From an uncultured bacterium (GTDB lineage: Bacteria > Patescibacteriota > Kazan-3B-28), in assembly GCA_963695435.1 (NCBI GenBank), contig OY968788.1:207424-271423 (forward strand): DNA of 64,000 nucleotides, read 5' to 3'. The notes below the pieces were generated by a model, which worked only from the letters and a program-made list of their open reading frames with translations, had not been told where the DNA came from and ran no database searches. Below, piece by piece: positions 59,471 to 64,000 of this stretch. Within the stretch, counting starts at the first letter, position 1, and each line of letters opens with the position of its first letter. The translations under genes and the position numbers were made by a program.

Positions 59471-59872
59471 TCATTTCTCTCCCGACTTTTCGGGAGAGTT
59501 TTGTCTATTGAGTTGTCCATTCCAACCACCGAGCATTTTGCCTATTTCATCTAGTTGAACCGAAACGGAACCGTATTTCTTGTTATCTAGAGATTTGGTT
59601 TCCCATAAGACCATTAGAAGAATTTTGAGGGTATCAGTTTTGCGGATTGCTAGTCTGACATAAGGAGACTTTTCTGTTCGGCTAAGGAAGCTGGCTTGAG
59701 CAACAGCTTCAATAATTTCTACAAATAAATTGTCTACTCTCTGTCCGATGGAGTAGCGATGGAGTTTAGGTAGGATTTGGTAATAGCTATACCATAGGAG
59801 GTACGCCTGTTTTAGGCGTTGAAGTAACGGAAGCAACTCTCTCTCTCTCGGTGTGGTATCTTTGTTCGTCAT
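59471..59872 (-). CDS. avd: Avd-like accessory protein (four-helix bundle)
   Basis: LPK.HRYSIG.R, LKILL, EIGKMLGGW; ATG 59872 abuts RT ATG 59873; (AG)6 tract gives RERE near the N-terminus. Confidence 0.88.
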   Translation of the reverse strand: MTNKDTTPRERELLPLLQRLKQAYLLWYSYYQILPKLHRYSIGQRVDNLFVEIIEAVAQASFLSRTEKSPYVRLAIRKTDTLKILLMVLWETKSLDNKKYGSVSVQLDEIGKMLGGWNGQLNRQNSPEKSGEK

Positions 59873-60940
59873 ATGAAAATAGCTAAAGGTTATTATGAAC
59901 ATATTATCTCACTCGACAATCTTCTTGAGGCGTGGCGGGAATTTGTGGTGGGAAAACGGAATCGAAAGGATGTTCAGGAGTTCGAGAGAGATTTGATGTC
60001 TAATATTATCCAATTGCATCGAGATTTGGAATTAGGCAATTATCAACATTCGGATTATCAGCCATTCAAGATTACCGATCCTAAGCCACGCAACATTCAT
60101 AAAGCGAGCGTACGAGATAGACTACTTCATAGGGCGATTTATAGAATCTTATATCCGATTTTTGATAAGACTTTTATTTTTGATAGTTATTCTTGTCGAG
60201 ATAATAAAGGTACTCATCGGGCATTTTGGCGTTTGGCACAAATGACTCGCAAAATCTCTGAAAACTACACTCGACCTTGCTATGCTTTGAAGTGCGACAT
60301 CCGAAAATTCTTCGACAGCATTGATCACGAGGTGCTAATGGGGTTATTGCGAGCTCGTATTGTCGATGAGCGATTATTGAAATTGCTGGAGAGTATTATT
60401 GATAGTTTTTGTTTGGGTCTGGATTCCCGCCTGCGCGGGAATGACAAAGAAGGACGCGGGAATGACGGAGAAGGCAAGGGAATGCCTTTGGGTAATCTGA
60501 CCTCCCAACTTTTCGCCAATATTTATATGGACCCGCTAGATAAGTTTGTGAAACACCAGCTCAAAGCCAAATATTATTTGCGTTATGCGGATGATTTTAT
60601 TTTCTTGTCGGATAATCCAGACGAGCTAATGGGTTATTTGGTTGAGGCAAATCGTTTTTTGAAAACTAAACTGAAACTCAATATTCACCCAAACAAAATT
60701 TATCTTAGAAAACTGAAATGGGGGATTGATTATGTCGGCTATGTGGTTTTGCCACATTACAATCTGCCGAGGAGAAGAACGGTCGAGAGAATCAAGAAAA
60801 AACTGAAGAGCAATTTGGCGATGGGCGATTTTGAGTCGGTGGCTAGAGCTATGCCGTCGTATCTTGGTTATTTAGGACACGCTAATACTTATAAGCTCCA
60901 GAAAAGTTTGTTGGGCAAAATCGCAGATGCTAAAGCGTGA
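59873..60940 (+). CDS. DGR reverse transcriptase 2
   Basis: IISLDNL..AW, RDRLLHRA, KCDIRKFFDSI, GMPLGNLTSQLFAN, RYADDF. Confidence 0.95.
   Translation: MKIAKGYYEHIISLDNLLEAWREFVVGKRNRKDVQEFERDLMSNIIQLHRDLELGNYQHSDYQPFKITDPKPRNIHKASVRDRLLHRAIYRILYPIFDKTFIFDSYSCRDNKGTHRAFWRLAQMTRKISENYTRPCYALKCDIRKFFDSIDHEVLMGLLRARIVDERLLKLLESIIDSFCLGLDSRLRGNDKEGRGNDGEGKGMPLGNLTSQLFANIYMDPLDKFVKHQLKAKYYLRYADDFIFLSDNPDELMGYLVEANRFLKTKLKLNIHPNKIYLRKLKWGIDYVGYVVLPHYNLPRRRTVERIKKKLKSNLAMGDFESVARAMPSYLGYLGHANTYKLQKSLLGKIADAKA
60419..60466. repeat. In-frame palindromic element inside RT2
   Basis: ggATTCCCgcctgcgcGGGAATgac plus second cgcgggaatgac; encodes LDSRLRGNDKEGRGND; absent from RT1. Confidence 0.8.
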
Positions 60941-61011
60941 AAATAGAAAAAGCCCTGGAAAGGCTACCAGAACTTATCACTATTCGTCTATAAGTCTATC
61001 GGTCTATTTGT

Positions 61012-61695
61012 CTAGCCAAGGGTTTTGAGGGCGGCGGAAGCGGCATTCGTCTCTGCTTCTCTTTTGCTTTTCCCTTCGCCCTTGGCAATCAATTTGTCGT
61101 CAACATAAACACCGACGACAAAATTACGGTCATGGTCGGGCCCTGACACTTCTTCGGTATTGTAGTGAGGGGTGACACCATGTTTTTCCTGAATGATTTC
61201 TTGAAAACGGCTTTTGGCATCAATGTGCCCTTCTTCGGCAATGATTGGTTCCAAATGATGGAGTAGAAATTTATCGATGAATTTTTTTACCGCAGGAAGT
61301 CCCAAATCTAAAAACAGAGCACCGATAAAAGCTTCGGCTGCATTACTGATGATTATTGATTTGGCTTTCCCTTCGTTGCGAAGTTCTCCCTTGCTCATCC
61401 GAAGATGTTCTTCAAATTTAAGTTCTTTGCCAACTTCGCTTAGAGTATTTCTGCGAACGAGAGCGGCACGAAGATTGGTTAGTTCTCCTTCCGCCTTTTC
61501 GGGAAACTTATCGTATAAAAATTGAGTGACTAATAGTTCCACGACGGCGTCTCCCAAAAATTCCAGCCGTTCGTTATGATTTTCTACATCAGTGTGCTCG
61601 TTAAGATATGAGCGATGAGTAAAAGCCTGCTCGTAAAGTGCAGGATTCTTGAACTTGAGACCGATCTTTTTCTGGAGAGAATCTAAATTATTCAT
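61012..61695 (-). CDS. rnc: Ribonuclease III
   Basis: AFTHRS, NERLEFLGDAV, dsRBD DAKSRFQE...GPDH. Confidence 0.97.
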   Translation of the reverse strand: MNNLDSLQKKIGLKFKNPALYEQAFTHRSYLNEHTDVENHNERLEFLGDAVVELLVTQFLYDKFPEKAEGELTNLRAALVRRNTLSEVGKELKFEEHLRMSKGELRNEGKAKSIIISNAAEAFIGALFLDLGLPAVKKFIDKFLLHHLEPIIAEEGHIDAKSRFQEIIQEKHGVTPHYNTEEVSGPDHDRNFVVGVYVDDKLIAKGEGKSKREAETNAASAALKTLG

Positions 61696-61818
61696 TCGTC
61701 CAAATCCTTTCGTGTTAACGACGAGTCGCTATTGCTTCTCGTCTTTTGGGCCTCAAGGATTTCTCCTCTCCCCAAGCCAAACACTTCGTTGGTTTGCCTT
61801 GGGGGCCCCTAATGGGAG

Positions 61819-62265
61819 TTAGCGAGGGCTTTTTTCGTCAGTTTCCGGGTTGTATTTGGTGGAGTTGCGAAATACGGTGCCGAGTACGCCGTTTACGAAC
61901 TTGCTGGAGTTTTCACCGCCAAAAGCTTTTGCCAATTCTACTGCTTCGTTGATGGCCGCTTTAGGCGGAACTTCGTCGTCAAATAATAATTCAAAGATTG
62001 CCAAACGCAAAATTGCGAGGTCAACTTGGGCGATTTGTGGAATTGGCCATTCGGGGGCGGAGATAGTGATTACTTCGTCGATTTGTTCGAGATGTTTTTT
62101 CAGACCTTCGACAAGTTTGTGAATGAAGGTGAGATTGTTTTCTTCGAACTCGTGTTTTTCCAGATGGCGCTTAATAATTTCGGTCAAATCAGAAGCATCA
62201 CGCTGCTGAAGTTCGTAGAGCGCCTGCATTATTAGAATTCGGGCGAAATGTCTGTTGGATGCCAT
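61819..62265 (-). CDS. nusB: Transcription antitermination factor NusB
   Basis: RH.AR...MQALY, DLAILRLA, INEAVELAK.FG...S.KFVNGVL. Confidence 0.96.
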   Translation of the reverse strand: MASNRHFARILIMQALYELQQRDASDLTEIIKRHLEKHEFEENNLTFIHKLVEGLKKHLEQIDEVITISAPEWPIPQIAQVDLAILRLAIFELLFDDEVPPKAAINEAVELAKAFGGENSSKFVNGVLGTVFRNSTKYNPETDEKSPR

Positions 62266-62297
62266 ACCTACAATTTACCAGACGGAGAAAGAAAAAA

Positions 62298-62684
62298 CTA
62301 TTTGTCGTCCTTGTATTCTTCACCAGTTCTAGCGGGAGTCTGAATAATTTTTTTAGTACTGCTTGGTTTAGCTTCAGCCTTCTTGGCTCGTCTGGCAGCT
62401 TTGTCTGCTTTAATCTTTTCAGCTCTCTTCTTTTTTGCTTCAGCAGTTTCTTTATCTTTTTCAGCTTTTGCCTGCAGTTTCAAAGCTTGAGCAATTTTCT
62501 TGTCAGCTTTAGTATTCAAAACTTTTTTATCTCCGTAGTAACCGCATTCAGGACATGCCATATGAGTTGGCTTTTTCGTTTTGCACTTAGGGCAAGTATT
62601 CAAAGTAGGCATCGTTGGATGCCAGTGAGCCCGACGGGTCTTACTGCGGACTTTGCTGATTTTCTTTTTTGGTTCGGCGGCCAT
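62298..62684 (-). CDS. rpmF: 50S ribosomal protein L32 with Lys/Ala-rich extension
   Basis: PKKKISKVR..TRRAH, CPKC...H.ACPECGYY. Confidence 0.9.
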   Translation of the reverse strand: MAAEPKKKISKVRSKTRRAHWHPTMPTLNTCPKCKTKKPTHMACPECGYYGDKKVLNTKADKKIAQALKLQAKAEKDKETAEAKKKRAEKIKADKAARRAKKAEAKPSSTKKIIQTPARTGEEYKDDK

Positions 62685-62824
62685 CGTGTCTAGGGTTAGA
62701 GAATAGAGAGTAGAGAATAGAGAATAAGGCGTGGAGCTTAGGATATAGGATAAGAAAAAATACTCTCATCTCTACGCTCTCGTCTCTAAATCTACAAGGG
62801 GCATTATAGGGGATTGAGAGCGGC

Positions 62825-62853
62825 TTGACAAGGGGGAGGCTTGTGGCTAAAAT
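62825..62853 (+). promoter_or_regulatory. rpsP promoter
   Basis: TTGACA-17 nt-TAAAAT. Confidence 0.65.
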
Positions 62854-62884
62854 GCCCTATGTATATCAGGTAAGCTGAAATGCT

Positions 62885-63394
62885 TTGTTAGTACTCCGTT
62901 TAGTTCGCACCGGTCGCAGGAATCAGCCGAAATACCGTCTGGTGGCTGCCGAACAGGGCGAAAAATTAGATGGCAAGGTGGTCGAGATTCTCGGTCACTA
63001 TGAGCCAGCGGCAGAATTAAAGCCGTTCATTTTTGATAAGGAAAAGGTGCAGGGTTGGCTCTCAAAGGGGGCTATGCCTTCAAATACGGTTGCTAAACTG
63101 CTAAACGGGCAGGGTTTTGACCTGCCAGTTCATTTGCATGCAGAGGCTAAGCCAAAGAAGAAGGCACAGGCCAAGCTCGATGCCGCTAACAAGCCAGTTG
63201 AAGCTCCTAAGCCAGCTGAATCGGTTTCTGCCGAAGAGGCGACTCCAAGTGAGCCAGAGGTGATAGTTGAAGCGCCTGTGGAAGCCGTTGTGGAAGAAAC
63301 TGCTCCTGTAGCGGAGGAGGTTGCTCCAGTTGCAGAGGAAGTCTCTGCAGAAGTTCCAGCCGAAGAGGCATCAGAAGAGAATAAGGAAGTTTAA
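62885..63394 (+). CDS. rpsP: 30S ribosomal protein S16 with acidic tail
   Basis: LRL.R.GR...P.YRLV, E.LGHY.P, WL..GA.PS.TV. Confidence 0.93.
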   Translation: MLVLRLVRTGRRNQPKYRLVAAEQGEKLDGKVVEILGHYEPAAELKPFIFDKEKVQGWLSKGAMPSNTVAKLLNGQGFDLPVHLHAEAKPKKKAQAKLDAANKPVEAPKPAESVSAEEATPSEPEVIVEAPVEAVVEETAPVAEEVAPVAEEVSAEVPAEEASEENKEV

Positions 63395-63423
63395 TAGTCA
63401 TATAGTTAACCAACAGGAGAGTT

Positions 63424-63777
63424 ATGGAACGCGATCAGGAATTTGTGGAGTATGTGGTTAAAGCTATCGTCGACAATCCAGACAAAGTTGTTGTCAAACG
63501 GAGTGTTGATGAAATGGGTGTTTTGCTCGAACTGGGCGTTGACCCAGCTGACATGGGCAAAATTATCGGTAAAGAAGGCCGTACAGCAAAGGCAGTTCGT
63601 ACACTGCTTAGAGTATTGGGTGCGCAGAATCACTCCAGAGTCAACTTAAAGATTATGGAACCAGAAGGTGGCACTGGTGGCAATCGTCACATTGATTTGC
63701 CGGAAGATAAGGAAGAAAAGATAGATATGCCGGAAACCACAACCAAAGACGATTTGAAAGAAATTGCAGAGGAATAA
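63424..63777 (+). CDS. khpA: KH-domain RNA-binding protein KhpA
   Basis: IVDNPD.V, DMGKIIGKEGRTAKA.R; between rpsP and trmD. Confidence 0.88.
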   Translation: MERDQEFVEYVVKAIVDNPDKVVVKRSVDEMGVLLELGVDPADMGKIIGKEGRTAKAVRTLLRVLGAQNHSRVNLKIMEPEGGTGGNRHIDLPEDKEEKIDMPETTTKDDLKEIAEE

Positions 63778-63804
63778 AAACTTTTGAGGGACTAATAAAA
63801 AATT

Positions 63805-63830
63805 AAAGGCCCCGAGGAATCGGGGCTTTT
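63805..63830 (+). terminator. Intrinsic terminator
   Basis: aaggccccga-ggaa-tcggggctttt. Confidence 0.7.
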
Positions 63831-63844
63831 GATAAGATAGGATT

Positions 63845-64000
63845 ATGAAGTTTACGGTTATTACAATTTTTCCGCAGCTGATTGAGGATTATTTCAAAGA
63901 AGGGATTTTGTCTAGGGCGAGGAAGTTGAAACAAGTTCAACTCAAGACAATTACACCTCGCAAGTTTGCAAAGGATCGTCATCAAACGGTTGATGATATG
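63845..64000 (+). CDS. trmD: tRNA (guanine-N1)-methyltransferase TrmD, partial
   Basis: MKFTVITIFPQ...GILSRA...R.FA.DRHQTVDD. Confidence 0.9.
   Translation, partial: MKFTVITIFPQLIEDYFKEGILSRARKLKQVQLKTITPRKFAKDRHQTVDDM

Larger units (their letters stand above)
58354..60940 (+). mobile_element. Diversity-generating retroelement DGR2 (target/VR - TR - antisense avd - RT)
   Basis: VR/TR pair differing only at adenines, intact Avd and RT. Confidence 0.96.

Noticed and set aside
59320-59554. ORFs 59320-59529 (-) and 59366-59554 (+)
   Set aside because: Low-complexity translations of the AAC-rich template repeat
298-63985. Numerous short antisense or nested ORFs in the track
   Set aside because: Shadows of well-supported genes, with no motifs or translation signals

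Overview
Bacterial chromosomal window. Its gene content and style (compact housekeeping genes, short IF2, homodimeric GlyRS, sortase, Gmad2/GerMN proteins, frequent -10 boxes just upstream of start codons) suggest a Patescibacteria/CPR genome; this assignment is an inference. The backbone is ftsX-M23 peptidase-ctpA, rplI, glyQS, a split dcw cluster (mraZ-rsmH-ftsL-ftsI-murF-mraY ... murD-ftsW-murG-sortase-murC-ftsQ), dnaX, dnaB, recR, cysS, tRNA-Gln, gyrA, rpsA, infB, rbfA, nrnA, rnc, nusB, rpmF, rpsP, khpA and trmD. The main signal is two diversity-generating retroelements (DGRs) at ~15.95-18.7 kb and ~58.35-60.9 kb. Each has a target gene with a 3' variable repeat, an AAC-rich template repeat differing almost only at adenines, an Avd-like gene on the opposite strand, and a YADD/GNLTSQ reverse transcriptase. 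Both avd genes carry a simple-sequence tract near their 5' end. In DGR1, one extra G in a G11 run would restore both the antisense Avd and the sense RT frames, which makes it a candidate phase-variable switch or an assembly error. The two RTs are mosaics sharing near-identical blocks, while their TRs, Avds and targets differ. Intergenic regions hold several structured repeat families, including a five-copy covarying hairpin element, two copies of which precede the DGR target genes. All alignments and counts were done by eye.
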